A stretch of DNA of 64,000 nucleotides from Anthoceros angustus (GCA_010909165.1 MU008164.1:1364001-1428000); one strand, 5' to 3'. Positions 10,076 to 23,525 are shown, counted from the first letter of the stretch. Numbers and translations are program-made. The notes: generated by a model from the sequence alone, not told the origin.

Positions 10076-11427
10076 TATTGTAGGCCATTTGAGTGCAAGC
10101 CCTGTATTTGTGCGATTGTTTTGATGGAAGCCCTTCTTATGCTGTCCTTCTGGTACAAGCTTGTTTATGGGTATTTAGTGGTATGTGCAATTGCACGGCC
10201 CTTATAGCCTGCAGCAAACAATGTGTGCAGCCCTCCAGCCAAGGGCAAACGCACTCAGACGTGCAGCAAACGCGCATCACAAGGTCCAGCACATAGCCTC
10301 CCAGACGCACAACCACATAGACGCACATTGCAACGGTTCAAAGCACATGCTCAATGCAAGGGTCTAGAGCAAATGTACACATACGCCCATCAGAAGGGTC
10401 CTCATCAAATGTGCCTGTAGTGGCTGGCGCAATCCTAACCACAAGTGGGCAAGAGAAAAAAAGTTTATGTGCATCATTAGCTTGACGAGATCAGTACACC
10501 AAGGGGCCATAGTGAACGCAGATGTGGTCATCTGTAACATACATAAATAGTCCCACCGCATATGGCGGGACTATTGCTCGCTGTACAAAACCCTAAAAAG
10601 ATATGGATGGCCCGTGACGATATCGGTATTCCATAAAGTGGTGGTACAATCATAATTGAGGTAATCTTGCATTCATAGCATTCATTATAAAAGTTTGATA
10701 AATAGAAGGTCGAATTTCTAATTTAGTGATAAGGTTAACTACCATATATGTATCATTGTATACCTATAGAGAGAAGAGTAGACGTTATTAATAGGCGAGA
10801 TTGGGGAATCACATCTATCTGAAGTCCGAAGAGGAACAACCCAAAAAGGGCTAATAGTAAAAAGGGAAGTCATTATATACCTATATAATATTTATTACAT
10901 ACTTTTTGTTAGATCTTCTAGCCATATACATGTGACCGCACAAACTTTGTTTAGAGTTCTCCACTTCGCTCATTCTGAGCATGACAAATATTCCATAGTA
11001 AGTGTACATTGGAAGAGAGAAAAAAAGAAACGAATTTTATATTTCACGGCGAAAACGGCTCACTGCCATTTGAATGTGTACAATGGGGAGTGCAACATGG
11101 TTCTACTCTGTGGGTGTACACAGTGCGCGGAAATGACAAACCCCGAGAGTGCACGTTTGCCGCCGGTGTCTCCTGTGTGGTGAGCGATGCCTGGGGTGGC
11201 CTACGCGGAACCTGGGGGGACATCGCAATTGAGCAGAATGAACAAACTGCGGTACCCGATCATGCTCATTGGACGTGGAACTTTGTTGTTGCCAATTTGT
11301 GTGGGCATTCATCGCCACATGCGGCCTGTTTCATGTCTGCTGGCGGTGCAGGATGGCGGACTGTGCACAAAGCCTATCTGGCTAAAGAGAGCAGGGTCCA
11401 GCAGCGGGTAGTGGCAAGCCGCGAGAA

Positions 11428-14186
11428 ATGCAACAAGAAAGCTCTGCTGCGGCGGGAGATGGCGAAGCCCCGAAGAAGGGCCAGGAGAAACCTGGCATGC
11501 TGTGGGCAACGCAGTTGAGGAAGTATGTGGGGAATGGAGTCGGCCTGGGGTCGGAGGCGGTGACTGGTGAGTTCCGTCACCGTGAAGTTGAAGTTCCCGC
11601 TGCCGGACTCGTCTTCCGAACCTGCTAGGTTTTGTGCTTCTTGGAGTAGGGGAGGAAAGGTTCGACCACGGCACTCATGCAGCTGCATTTGTGTAGAGTT
11701 GGAGACCAAGAAAATCCTTTTAGAAGCCTTCAAAGAGCGAGAACGGAAGACAGCAGCAGCTGCAGCTATTCCCAACTTCTACAGAAAGGTGGTGTTTCCA
11801 GGGATGTGTGTTGCGGGTCTGCAATGCCTTCGTTGGCGCGTGAGCTCATGCAGTTGTGGAATCGTGTGCCTTTCGCTCCGCTCCGTGATGCAGAAACCAG
11901 CGGATGGTTCGGCAGCGGCAAAAGTGCATCGTTTGGCAAGATTCAGATTTTTGAAGGTACACTCGTGCACTAGAGAGTTGTAAAGAGTCCGGTTGCTGGG
12001 AGCTGCTTGCGCTCGAATGTATGTTTAAGCTTTTATCTCTGCCTGTATACAGAAACAAGCGGAGCAGCTTTTGAACGCCGATGATCTCGATGCCATGTGG
12101 GTGTGCTTGCGAGAAAATTGCAGTATCGATGATACTAATCGCACAGAAAAGGTGAGTCATGGTTGTGAAAAACATTCATGGTTCTGGGCATCGGTGTTGC
12201 ATCTCGTACTAAGTGGTTGCTCCTTTTCCAATTTTCTATGCTTGCAGATGAACTATGAAGATTTCTGTCAGATTGCCTCCATCTGTGCTGAGCAGATTGG
12301 AGTGAAGTGCCGTCGCTTCTTCTCTCCTTCTAATTTCATGAAATTTGAGAAGGATGAGTATGGGCGTGTTGCCATCCTGCCTTTCTACCTGTATGTCATG
12401 CGCACGGTATGCCATGCAACCATTGGCTCATTTTTCTTGCTACGCTGTCTACAGCGAAGGTGGACCACATAGAACTTCTATAACATGTTGTCCAAACCTT
12501 GGCATAGAGGATAGCTCAGCTGGGTTGCTGTGTGCGTTCTGCTGCTTGTGCTTACTTGATATGTTCTTTGCAGGTTTCACTGACACAAGCTCGAATTGAC
12601 ATGAGTGAGCTTGATGAAGATGCGGATGGTTTTCTTCAACCACAGGTATGCTGGAGTGTATTTCTTGCCTCTACGTCTCATGTTATCAATCACCCTCTCA
12701 GTGCCCCCCACTTGTTTTGTCTTGGTAATAGGAAATGGAGGCCTACATCAGGGGGTTGATCCCTAATCTTGCCCAGCTGCGAGATATGCCTCTTCCGTTC
12801 TTGTCTATGTATTGTCGAATTGCAGCCCGCAAATTCTTCTTTTTCTGTGATGCCCACCGGAGAGGTAATGCTGCCCCTTTCAGCTCTTTGGATTTCAACC
12901 TTAGTTTCAAGTATTGTCGCCTCTTTTGAAATAGGTTTTCCCCTCCTGTAGCCACTCGTTTACATGTGCTCAGGCAAATTGTGCATCAAGAAGGTGCTGT
13001 TGAGCAACTGCCTTGCTGAGCTCATGGAGCTTCATCAGGTATGTCTCGAGATTATGTGCATGTGAGCTCAGTCGAGCCCGTTTCCACAAGCTGAGTACGT
13101 TTCTACTATGCCTGTAGGAAAGTGAGCCAGATGAGAACTCAGAGGGAGAACAGGTTGACAACTGGTTCTCACTTAGCAGTGCCCAGCGAGTCTGTGGTAG
13201 GCCTCTACCTCATCCGCTGCTTGTTGTGAAGACCACAGCGTCAGTTCTCATGCTTTGTTCTTTCCAGATGTGTTTCTTGCTCTGGATAAAGATATGAATG
13301 GGACTCTCAGCAAGCAAGAATTGAAGGAGTATTCGGATGGAACTTTAACAGAGATTTTTATTGAAAGAAGTAAGTTCTCAAATAGTTTTGCCCTATGGTG
13401 TGGCAGTATGTTTTAAGGGCAAGTTCTAACTGTCCGTTGTCACCAGTCTTTGATGAGCATGTGCGAAGAGGCAGAGGTGGTAACAGTAAAGTACGAGAGA
13501 TGGACTTCGAAAGCTTCCTAGATTTCGTTTTGGCTCTGGAAAACAGGGACACCCCCGAAGGCCTCTCCTACTTGTTTAAATGTCTGGACTTGCAGAACAG
13601 AGGGTTTCTCACAACCGCCGATGTCCATACCCTCTTCAGGTGGGTGCCCCGAAGGTTCCCTAAATGTTGAAAAGTCAAGCTATGGAGAAGTTTGTGCCTG
13701 TTGACTTGCATGCCGCATTTATGTTGGAAGGAAGAAAAAGAAGGGTGATCACCCCAGGATGTCGACTCACTCGATACAGTCTTCCAAGAGTTGTGTGGGA
13801 AATTCCTTTTTGCACTTCTAGAGCGTTGGGTGCAGGACTCATGTTCCCAGAGATTCTTAGCAAACGCGAGTTTCACGTAGTTGTGTAACTCATGAGGTAT
13901 TGATCTTTTTCTGATCCCCTGTCCATTGAATCTTTTGTGCAGGGATGTCCACAGGAAATGGATTGAAGGGGGAAATTATGATCTCTGTATTGATGACGTG
14001 AGGGATGAGATATGGGACATGGTGAAACCAGTGGACCCGTTAAAAATTACCCTTCCGGACCTGTTATCCTGCAGGCAAGGTGGAACCATTGCCAGTATGT
14101 TGACCGACGTCCGTGGGTTTTGGGCTCATGACAACCGTGAGAACCTTTTGCAAGATGAGGAAGAATCTACGGAAGACGAGGAGTGA
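11428..14186 (+). CDS. TON2: PP2A regulatory subunit B'' TONNEAU2/FASS, 12 exons
   Basis: GT-AG exons 11428-11566, 11697-11788, 11894-11956, 12053-12151, 12248-12406, 12574-12645, 12732-12864, 12974-13038, 13118-13196, 13268-13369, 13447-13639, 13943-14186 splice in frame. Motifs LNADDLDAMWVCLRENC, RRFFSPSNFMKFEKDE, LALENRDTPEGL, RGFWAHDNRENLL match TON2/FASS. Confidence 0.95.
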
Positions 14187-14346
14187 GCAACCTGCGTAGA
14201 GCTAGCTTATCTAGTTCTATATTTTTTTAAAAAGATGTATATTATATTTATTTGTCCTGAATACCTAGGGATTAAGGAAATGAGTTTCGGATTGAAATGG
14301 ATACTCGGCGAAATATTGAATAGCGTTATCCTGATCGCCGAAATTG

Positions 14347-16828
14347 CTAACCAGTTTCATCGCTGGAAGGGGAGGTGGGGCGCCACAAGGTGCCGCTCCC
14401 CCCGTCCATGAGCGCAATTCCTAAGCTGGCTAGATCGGCTCGAATTGCATCCGATCGACCATAGTCCTTGGCGGCTCTTGCGGCTGCTCTTTCTTGTACG
14501 CGTAAAGCTATGTCGTCTTCTGTCAGACCGGCCCGCTTAAGCGCCAGCCGTCTCATTTCTTCCAGAACCTGACCAAGAAGAACCAAGAATGCATGAGGAA
14601 AGAAATGTCAGGAGGTGTCATGCGGAGGAGGAGGAGGCAAGGGCATGAAAGGCATCAGGCCAAGGCGTCTTGCCTCTACGTTGCTGCTCACTGAGAGACC
14701 AAGCACATCCAGAACTTTGAGGACTTCGCTCAACAGCATCCTCAGTGATACAATTCGACTTTTGTCCTTGCGCCCCTGCAAAGACAGCAAGATGAGCTCA
14801 CCACAAAAGGCCCTCACGTTGGACAAGCAAACGCTGCATTTGTGAGTGACAATCTCGATTGTTAAACAATTCGGATACCTTCTTTGTGTGCATAAGATCG
14901 TTCATTAATCTCAAAGGCTCGGACAGGGCCGCTGCTGCTGCTGGCGTGTTCAAGTCATCTGCCATAGAGGCTGCAACTGTAGACCGCAAGGCATCCACGG
15001 AGGCCCGGACTTCCTGCGATGGGAGGCTGGTATTGTCGTCCTGTCCGTCTAGGCACTCCTGACAGTCGAATAGCGTCTGCAAAGCAACGAGAGCTCAGAG
15101 CAGAAAGCCACACAATTGGCAGGTACCGAGCGGTAAGGAGCGGAGCTTACTTGGTACAAGTAGTAGACGCGATCAGTTGCCTTCTCCACTTGGGACTTGG
15201 AATAGTTTACAGGTGAGCGGTATTGCGTGCCAACGAGAAACCATCTCAGAGCCAAAGGATGATACACTTCCAAGACCTGAATCACAAAAGAGTAGGTCAT
15301 GCTAAGTACAGAGATCTGGTTGCAAGACATACTAACGCTACTCGACAGATCCAACAACATGTAGGTTCTCTTACCTCCCTGATGGTGAAGAAGTTTCCTA
15401 GAGACTTGGACATCTTCTCTGCATCCACTGTCACAAAGCCGTTGTGTATCCAGTATCTTACACTGCTGTCCTTACAAGCTGCACAGCTTTGTGCAATCTC
15501 GTTCTCGTGATGTGGGAAGATGAGGTCTTGACCACCTCCATGAATGTCGAAGGCATGTCCCAAGTGCAGTGCACTCATGGCACTGCACTCTATATGCCAA
15601 CCAGGTCTTCCTGGACCCCAAGGGCTTTCCCAAAACGGTTCACCAGGCTTTGCACTCTGGAGTTCACCACACAGAGTGATTATAAGAGCACGCTCCCCAC
15701 ACCCGCCAACAAGCATCAAAAACCAACACGGATCTGAAACCAAAGGGATGCCTCTCTCACCATCTTCTAAATGCTGACCTTCCAAAGCGCAAAGTCGGCA
15801 GGATTCCGTTTCCGCGAATCCACAGCAACTCGTTCCCCAGCTCTGTTCTCCTCTAGTTTCCGGCCAGACAGCTTCCCATAGTCCGGAAAGGTGTCCACAG
15901 AAAAGTAGACATCTCCATCTTCCATCACGTATGCATGGCCATTCTCTAGAATCTGCTGACCAGGCACAGGGCACATTGATCAGAACCCTTCAAAGCACTG
16001 CCTTAAGCTGAAGCCCTGAGGCGCGAGACCTTCTTTCAGTATTCAGCACCACAACATGGAACACATGTTAAAAGAACCTGTTCGATCATCTGGATGATGT
16101 CGTCTAAGTGACCAGTGACTCTAGGCTCTACAGTCGGAGGAAGGCATCGCAAGGCCTTCATGTCAACATGAAACTCTTGACAGAATCTGTCACTCAGCTT
16201 AACCGGGTCTTCTTCGACCTCATTCGCCCTCTTGATGATCTACAAGCTGATAAGACTGTCAGAAGCAGACCATCCAGCACAAGAACATGCCTCAAGGACT
16301 CCACACCCCAAGACTTCACCTTGTCATCAACATCAGTGAAGTTGCGGACGTATGTTACATCATACCCCAAGTTCCTCAAATATCTGGCACCATGGCAGCC
16401 AAGTGACTGTCAAGGTGAGCACCATGTTTCACAATCTGCTAGAGGCACGAAGCGATGGGTGCTTGCCTGAACAGAACGTCGAAAGCAACATACACCCTTG
16501 CATGTCCGATATGGCTGTAGTCATAGGCCGTCACTCCACAGACATACATGCTCACCTTCCCAGCTACTCTTGGCTGGAAGAGCTCCTTCTGCCTGCTCAG
16601 CGTGTTGTACAAGTGCAGCTCTGTAGCAGCAGCAGCCGCAGCAACATGCTTCTCCACAAGCTCTTCCTCCCTGCTGGTATCGATCTGCACGCTCAGGTTC
16701 CTGGCAGAACACCGTTTCTGGCTCTGCAGCTGAGGCCTTCCCACCAAGCCACGGCTCCAACACCTGGACCTGTACCTGTACAAACCTGCTGCATGGCTGA
16801 AGCATGCTGGGTGCAGCACCGCTGCCAT
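14347..16828 (-). CDS. Cysteinyl-tRNA synthetase (class I), multi-exon, probably organelle-targeted; start codon uncertain (16828, or upstream in-frame ATG at 16903)
   Basis: [30 protein letters not shown] (HIGH), [76 protein letters not shown]; basic hydroxylated N-terminal extension. Confidence 0.93.
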
Positions 16829-16974
16829 CCCTGGCTGCCGCCTGGAGCACAAGTCCAGCACGGACCGCCCGCAGGTAAGGACAAACCGCACCGAGGTTCC
16901 CATTTCTGACCAAGATCGCTTCCTAAGCGCCCATAAGTACGAGCGGATGGGGGCGGGATGCGAGGTAGGCAATC

Positions 16975-19828
16975 ATGTGGAGGAGCCGAGGCCGCAGCAG
17001 CAATTGGCTGGTGGGTCATTCGTTGCTGACCCGCAGATCTACGTCTCACGCTCCACCGCCGCCTGCGGCCCGGCGGGCTCCTGCTGCTTCTTGGCTGCGC
17101 CGGCTGGGGGTCACGGGCGGTGTGATCCTGGTGGGCGCGTCCAGCTGGGCTGCAATTGGAGATGACCCAGGTCGCCGCGCCAAACTCCTGGTTGCGGTGC
17201 CGCTGCGGCTGGCACGCAACATGGCCATGGCAGCCATCATGGTTGCGGGTGGGTGTGCTGGTGCTGCCTCTTCCGCTGTTCTTGCGAGGAGCTGTGGAGC
17301 CAGAATTGAATGTTGGGTTCTTTTGTTGGGTTTCCAGATTACAGCTACTCCTTGCACGGGCTCGTCGAAGGAACAGAAGAGAGGGCTGCGGCCACCCACC
17401 AGGTCCATCTGCGGAATGCGCACCGGTTGCAGGATCTCTGTTTCAGGAACGGAGGGATATACATCAAGCTGGGGCAACATGTGGGTCAGCTGGTATGTGC
17501 TGCAAAGCAATCTGAGCTGGGGGATGGGAGCTGCTTGGGTGGATGTACGGGTGAACTATGCTTCTGGGCATCAGTCTGAATTGGGGTTGGAACATACTGG
17601 TGGCAGGATTACTTGGTGCCGCAGGAGTATGTTCAGGTGATGCGAAGTTCGATGCTGAACAGGTGCCCTGTGTCTTCTTACAAGCAAGTCTGCGATGTGT
17701 TTCTGGCAGAATTTGGCCGTCTCCCGCAACAGGTAGCTTTATGTTCCTCATGGGAACATGGTTCAAGAACTTGGGATGAAACAGGTGGATATGACATGGA
17801 ATGGTGGTGTAGGTTTTTCGGCAATTCGACCCTGTGCCTCTAGCAAGTGCTTCTTTAGCTCAAGTTCATGCTGCTCAGACCGTGGATGGGGAGAGGGTTG
17901 CTGTGAAGGTAGTAATCCTGCGACTTTGGAGATAAGTTCGTCGTCGTCATTTTATATTAGAACATTCTAAAGGAACTGGTCTTACATGGCTGCAGGTTCA
18001 GCATATGCACTTGACTGATACAGCAGCTGCGGACACAGCGACCGTGTACTTTGTTGTGAACCTAGTGCACTGGCTCTATCCTGCCTTTGACTACAGGTAT
18101 TGTTGCTCTGCTCATCCTCAAGTATGCTGTAGTCTGTTGTATCCCAATCCTTCCTTGTTTGTTTTTTGAGATGGGTGCTAAACATGTGCCCATGGCAGGT
18201 GGTTGCTTGCTGAGATGCAGGAAAGTTTGCCCAAGGTAAGTGCCTAAAGGTATCTGTCCAAACGCTGTCAAATTCGTGTCCAAATTTGGAAGCTGCTGTA
18301 TGTTACAAAGGCTTCCAGCTCCTTATCGTGTGTCAGGATTGTATTGGTTCTCTTTCCTGTTTCTGATATCATGAAGTGTCGGCTTTTGTTTTGCAAAGGA
18401 GCTGGACTTCGTAAACGAGGCCAAGAATGCAGAGCAGTGTCGGGCGAACTTCTCGAAGCTCTCTCCTGATTTGGCTCCATACATGCACATCCCCAGGATA
18501 TACTGGCCGCTGAGCACCTCAAAAGTTTTGACCATGGAATTCATGGACGGGGTTGAGGTCACCGATGTTGCTGCCATAAAGAAGCTTGGGCTGCATCCAG
18601 CAGAACTGGCAAAACTTGTGGGTGCATACTGTGAGCAGACTTTGTGGTCAGTCATAGCACGCTCGTTCTTTGTACCTCGAGTCTGAACTACAGAGTATGC
18701 TGCGATGGTGGATGGGGATGCAGATAAGCGAGGTGTTTGCCAATATGATATTTCGTCATGGATTCGTTCATTGTGATCCACATGCTGCGAACATGCTTGT
18801 CCGCATCGCACCAGGCCAGAAGGGGGGGATCCTCGGTAGGTCTTGGGACTGATTCTGCTGAGCTTGTGAGGGGCTTCTTTAAAATTGATTCAGATGGCAC
18901 TGATGTTCACAGCTGATCATACCTACACTACAGGGAGGAGAGAGAAACCTCAGCTGATCTTGCTGGATCACGGGCTGTACAAGTCACTGGAACCTCAATT
19001 ACGCGCACACTATGCTGGACTATGGAAGGTAGCTCTTCAACGGGTCCCCTCGTGCGGTCATAGTCTGCTTCCGCCCTTGTTCCCGCTGGATTGCAGTGCA
19101 CAGAACATAATGCACAAGAGCTGTGCAACTTGAACAGGCACTAGTTTTTGCAGATGAAAAGGGGATCAAGGAGCACAGCATCGGCTGCGGAGCTGGAGAA
19201 GATCTTTACATTCTGTTCGCGGGCGTGCTGACAATGCGGCCATGGAACCGCATCATCGAACGGGACATCAACCATCTCCACGTCCCTGACAGTCAAGAGG
19301 GTCGAGATGAGCTGCAGGTGAGTCCTCCCATCAAACCCCATCTCGTGTCCTCTTCCTTCACATCGTATCTGCACACTCATCACCTTTCTCCTGCACTCGG
19401 TCCAGATGTACGCAGCACAGTACCTGGTGGAGGTAACCGAGCTCCTGCGTCGCCTTCCTCGAGTTATCCTCCTCTTGCTGAAAACCAACGACTGTCTCCG
19501 AGCGGTGGACAAGGCCCTGGTAGGTCTCACATCCTTCTCATGTCACACACTCAACCACTGATGCTTCTGCTCCTTCAACCTTCGATGTGTCATTCGGACT
19601 TCCCTCCATGTTGCCACTGGACAGGGAGCCCCCGTCAACACATTCATCATCACTGGCAGGATCTCTTCCAGAGCCTTGGCGGAGATGAACAGCACCGGCC
19701 GCATGTCCTTGTTTTCTGCCTTGAAAGCCTTGCGCGACAGAGTCCATGTGGAAATCAGGCTCCTGAGCCTGTGGCTCGCAGCAAGGATTATGCATGTCAG
19801 AACTCTCCTGTACCAGACGAGCCCTTAA
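16975..19828 (+). CDS. ABC1/ADCK (AarF-like) atypical protein kinase, ADCK1-like, multi-exon
   Basis: NGGIYIKLGQH, LDFVNEAKNAE, STSKVLTMEFMDG, FVHCDPHAANMLVR, LILLDHGLY, LFAGVLTMRPW, ILLLLKTNDCLRAVD, separated by GT-AG introns; TAA at 19826-19828. Confidence 0.92.
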
Positions 19829-19937
19829 CGTAACACGGTGACGGACGTATTCGACGGGATTGGATGGTACTTTCAGCGTATTTTTTGCCTCATCAGGCGT
19901 CGACCAAGTCCTCTCATGTACTGTGCAGTGTACCCGA

Positions 19938-20012
19938 GCCCCTCCTGGGGGATCGAACCCGAGTCTATGGAGTGGAAGCCATGATGCCTAACCAAAAGAG
20001 CTGTTTGAGGGT
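19938..20012 (-). tRNA. Degenerate tRNA-Gly(TCC)-like sequence (pseudo-tRNA or SINE head)
   Basis: Minus strand GGTTAGG...ATGG-CTTCCAC-TCCAT-AGAC-TCGGGTTCGATCCCCCA; B-box GGTTCGATCCC is intact; acceptor stem pairs at 5 of 7 positions; anticodon stem is one base short. Confidence 0.45.
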
Positions 20013-21826
20013 TATGTAACGCACGGATGGTGCTTCCCACCATCCATGATTATTTTTAGCAGCCGTGCACCTCTGCCCCTGCGTTCCGATGGACGGACGG
20101 ATGGGATGCATGTATAAAAGGGCTCCGGCGTAGTGTAGCGCCAGGTGGCACGGATCCGACCGCCCGTCCATCCACTTAGTATCGTTCTCGAGTTACCTGC
20201 CCTCGCACGCATCCGTCCAGCTTGTCCCGTTCTGATTCGGTCACGCAAGCTGGTACCTGCAGCAGCGCCTCTCTTGGCAGATTTCACGATCCGTAGCCGA
20301 AAAGATTCTGCCACGCCACCTCCCGCCTCCCCTGTGCGTCATCCAGATTCACGCGCCCCCACGCCGGATGCGCCAGCCGCATTCTCCTGCAACTCCTACT
20401 GGCGCGGCTGGTCGTGGTGCTTCTGCAGGCGGGAAGACAATCAATTCTGCTTTGCACCGAGCTGGATAGCGTAATCTGAGTTAGCGCTCCTGCTTTCGGT
20501 GAGGTTTGATAGGATTTGCGGCGCGGATGCTGGATTTCTGTCGTCTGAAATCAACCGGAGCGTGAATTCTCGTGTTGTGGCTGGATTGGAGTGGAGTGCG
20601 GGCGGGGTGGGGCCCTGGACTGGATATTGAGGTCGGGACCACTTTGCAGCGGGGTTGGTTGGTTTGTCTCTTGCCCCCGGTCGGATTTGGCTGCTGCTGG
20701 CCAGCACTGGCGGGGTGAAACTGTGTTGTTAGAGGCGAGGAACGGTAGCTCGGTGGCGGACGGTGGTGGCGTGCTGCGGAGGGGAGGGTATCGTCCAGTT
20801 TTGGAGGTTAACTGTCGAATTCGTTGCGGAGAGGGGTGCAAAGTGGAGAGATGCGGTAGGTGTGTGCCGTGCGGCTTGCGGTAGGGAGACGGTGAATTGG
20901 ACGAGTCCGGCGGGGTGGAACAGTGCGGTCTGAGCTGCGGTTGGGCAGCATGCCGGAGTGTGCACTTTAGGTGACTGGCTGCAGCGGATGCCATGGACGG
21001 GTAGGTTGAGCAGAGTATCCAATTCTTGTTTTTCCGTGCATGCAAAGTCCGGACTTTGTAGCTGAAATTGGTCGTTTCTGCAAATGGGAGCTGCGGGCTT
21101 AGTCTCAATTGCGTCGTTCCACCCTGCTCTAGTTTGTTGAAGGGGTGAGGAAATTGGATTGTTGAAGAAAATGGGAGTGCAATTTGGATTGGTTTTCTTG
21201 TTTTGCGATCGTGGAGGGGTCTCATCTAGCGTGTCCTCAGCTGCGGACTGTTTTTTCGCCTGATCATGTCGGGCTTGCTCCGGTCTGTGTTTACACTGTG
21301 CGAGGCTTGAAGTAGGAAGCATGACCTAGAGTCCCGCTGAAGGAAAATTGCTTGTGGCAAGTGGGAAAGCTAGGTCAGTCAGCGAAGTGTCCTCACATTG
21401 TCGTGGACGTGATCGCTGTTGCAGGGAAGTGGTTGTTGGGGAACGGTGGCAGCAAAACTTGGTATTGGATGTGTCATAAGTTTGAGTTTGGGGGCTTTCT
21501 TCTCGGCAGGGAAGTGAAGACCAAACGTACAGCGTGAAACTCATATTGTTGCAGAAAGCATGCGGGCTCTGACAGGGTGGATTTATGCGTTTAACTCAAT
21601 TTGACTGTGGCTCAGCAACCTGGATGTAGCTGAGAAAGCTGGCTGCGGCTGCGCAAACTGGTTATGGCTGAGCAAGCTGGGGGAGGCTGAGTCTATCCTT
21701 GGATGAGATGAGAGAGTTCCCAAGGGAGTAATTCATTTTAAGATACATATCAAGACGAAGAGTAGCATATTGTCAGGAGAAGATATCATATAGGGGACAG
21801 AGGTCGAAGACATGATACTCCTTGCT

Positions 21827-23525
21827 ATGGGGACAGGAAGGTCTTTCAAGGAGTCACTGAAAGCATTGGAGGCTGATATTCAGCATGCTAACACTTTGTA
21901 AGTGATTCTACCATACGTGATCTTAACCCTTGACTCATGCTAACTCTCAGTGCCTCATGCTAACTAACACTTTGGGACCGATGCTAACTAACACTTTGGG
22001 ACTGATGCTAACTAACATGCTGCTAGAAAAGTACCTGGTGACGCTTAAGTAACACTTGGTAAGTTATACTAAGTGGGTGATGCTAAGTAAAACTTAGAAG
22101 GGGGGTTGATGCTAAGTGACAGTTACATGGTACTGCTAAGTAGCACTTAGAAGGGTGATGGTAATCAACACTCGGATAATTGTTCCAAGCTAACACTTAG
22201 TTGATGCTAGCTAGTGCTTGGTGAGTGATGCAGACCCTGGTGAGTGATGTTAATCCTTGGTGAGTGATGCTAACACTTTGGTAAGGTGGTTGCTTTGTTC
22301 TCCTTCGATTTCAACTGTTTTTATCTCTGTCTGACCTTTGATGCGTCGTTTTCAGGGCATCAGAATTTCCAAGAGAATATGATGGCGCTTGCTTGCAGAT
22401 GAGGCTGTCATACAGTCCGGCAGCACCTTTTCTTCTTTTCCTTGTTCGTTGGACGGACTGCAGTCTTGCTGGTGCCTTAGGGTTATTAAGGATACTTATT
22501 TACAAGGTGTGTTTAAGTTTTTTACTAGACACTCCCAGTCCACGTAGCTCCCTCGATGCATAAAGGTCTGCAATGGGTTGTATGGAACTGTAGACACTTA
22601 AGTAGCAATGCCGTTGATGTAAAACGATAAGTGTTGCATGTTTCTATCACAATTCAATGTCCTTGTGCTTGCATGTCTGTTGGCTATTGTGCATGTGATT
22701 TTCCAATGATCTTGGCTGTCCAGTGCTGAGTGAAGTTTAGTCGAATGTGTTGGGTTCCCTCCAATGCCGTGCAGGTCTACATGGATGGGACAACAACCTT
22801 GTCAACCCATGAGAGGAAGGCTAGCCTGCGCGAGTTTTATGGTAAAGTTTGCTCTGTAATCGGGTGGCAGACAGTGCTTGTGTCTAACTAGTAACCCTGA
22901 AATAAAGATGATGAACTTTGTCTTTTTGATGCAGCATATATCTACCCTTCTCTGCAGCAGCTGCCGGGTGGGGTCACCGAACTGGAAGATATGAAACAAA
23001 AGGCCCAATGCATGGAAAGATACAAGAAGAAAGCTGATGAAGAGAGGGGACGCATGTCGGCGCTTGATCTTGAGAGGGAACAGGAATGTGGCATCTGCAT
23101 GGAGACGAACAGCAAAATTGTCCTTCCTGTCTGCAATCATGCTATGTGCATCAAGTGTTATCGCGAATGGTAAGCAGCAGGGGTGCCTATGTTTTTTCTA
23201 TCCTCCAGCAAATGCACACGTCTAAAGAAGTGAGGGTGCTTGGAGGCATGGGTGACAACCCTAGATGGTCTTCCGCGTGCCATGTTAGCATGATGCTCAC
23301 CTTGTCCCTTGCAGGCACGCACGGTCGCAATCCTGTCCCTTTTGTAGAGACAGCCTGAAGCGGGTGAACTCCACAGATTTGTGGATTTTCACCGACTCGG
23401 GTGATGTGCTGGATATGATGACTCTGGCGAGAGAGAATCTACAACGACTGTTCATGTACATCGACAAGTTGCCTCTCTTGGTGTCCGAGAGTGTCTATGC
23501 CGTCTACGATTCACACCTCAAGTAA
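21827..23525 (+). CDS. AIRP2: C3HC4 RING E3 ubiquitin ligase, AIRP2-like, 5 coding exons
   Basis: SFKESLKALEADIQHANTL, EYDGACLQMRLSYSP, LLRILIYKVYMDG, HERKASLREFY, ECGICME...CNHAMCIKCYREW, SQSCPFCRDSLKRVNS, RLFMYIDKLPL; TAA at 23523-23525. An in-frame ATG also exists at 21812. Confidence 0.9.
21935..22285 (+). repeat. Degenerate intronic minisatellite (~15 units, ~20-27 bp)
   Basis: Repeated gatgctaa(c/g)taacact-like units inside intron 1 (21898-22355) of the AIRP2-like gene. Confidence 0.75.

Noticed and set aside
19865-19925. Possible C/D snoRNA downstream of the tRNA-Gly-like unit (dicistronic tRNA-snoRNA)
   Set aside because: The C box is non-canonical (ATGAGA), there is no Pol III T-run terminator, and I could not identify an rRNA guide sequence.
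20145-21544. Long low-complexity ORFs (20551-21225 -, 20729-21322 -, 20145-20474 +)
   Set aside because: No domain signal; more simply explained as the GC-rich promoter, 5' UTR and leader intron of the AIRP2-like gene.
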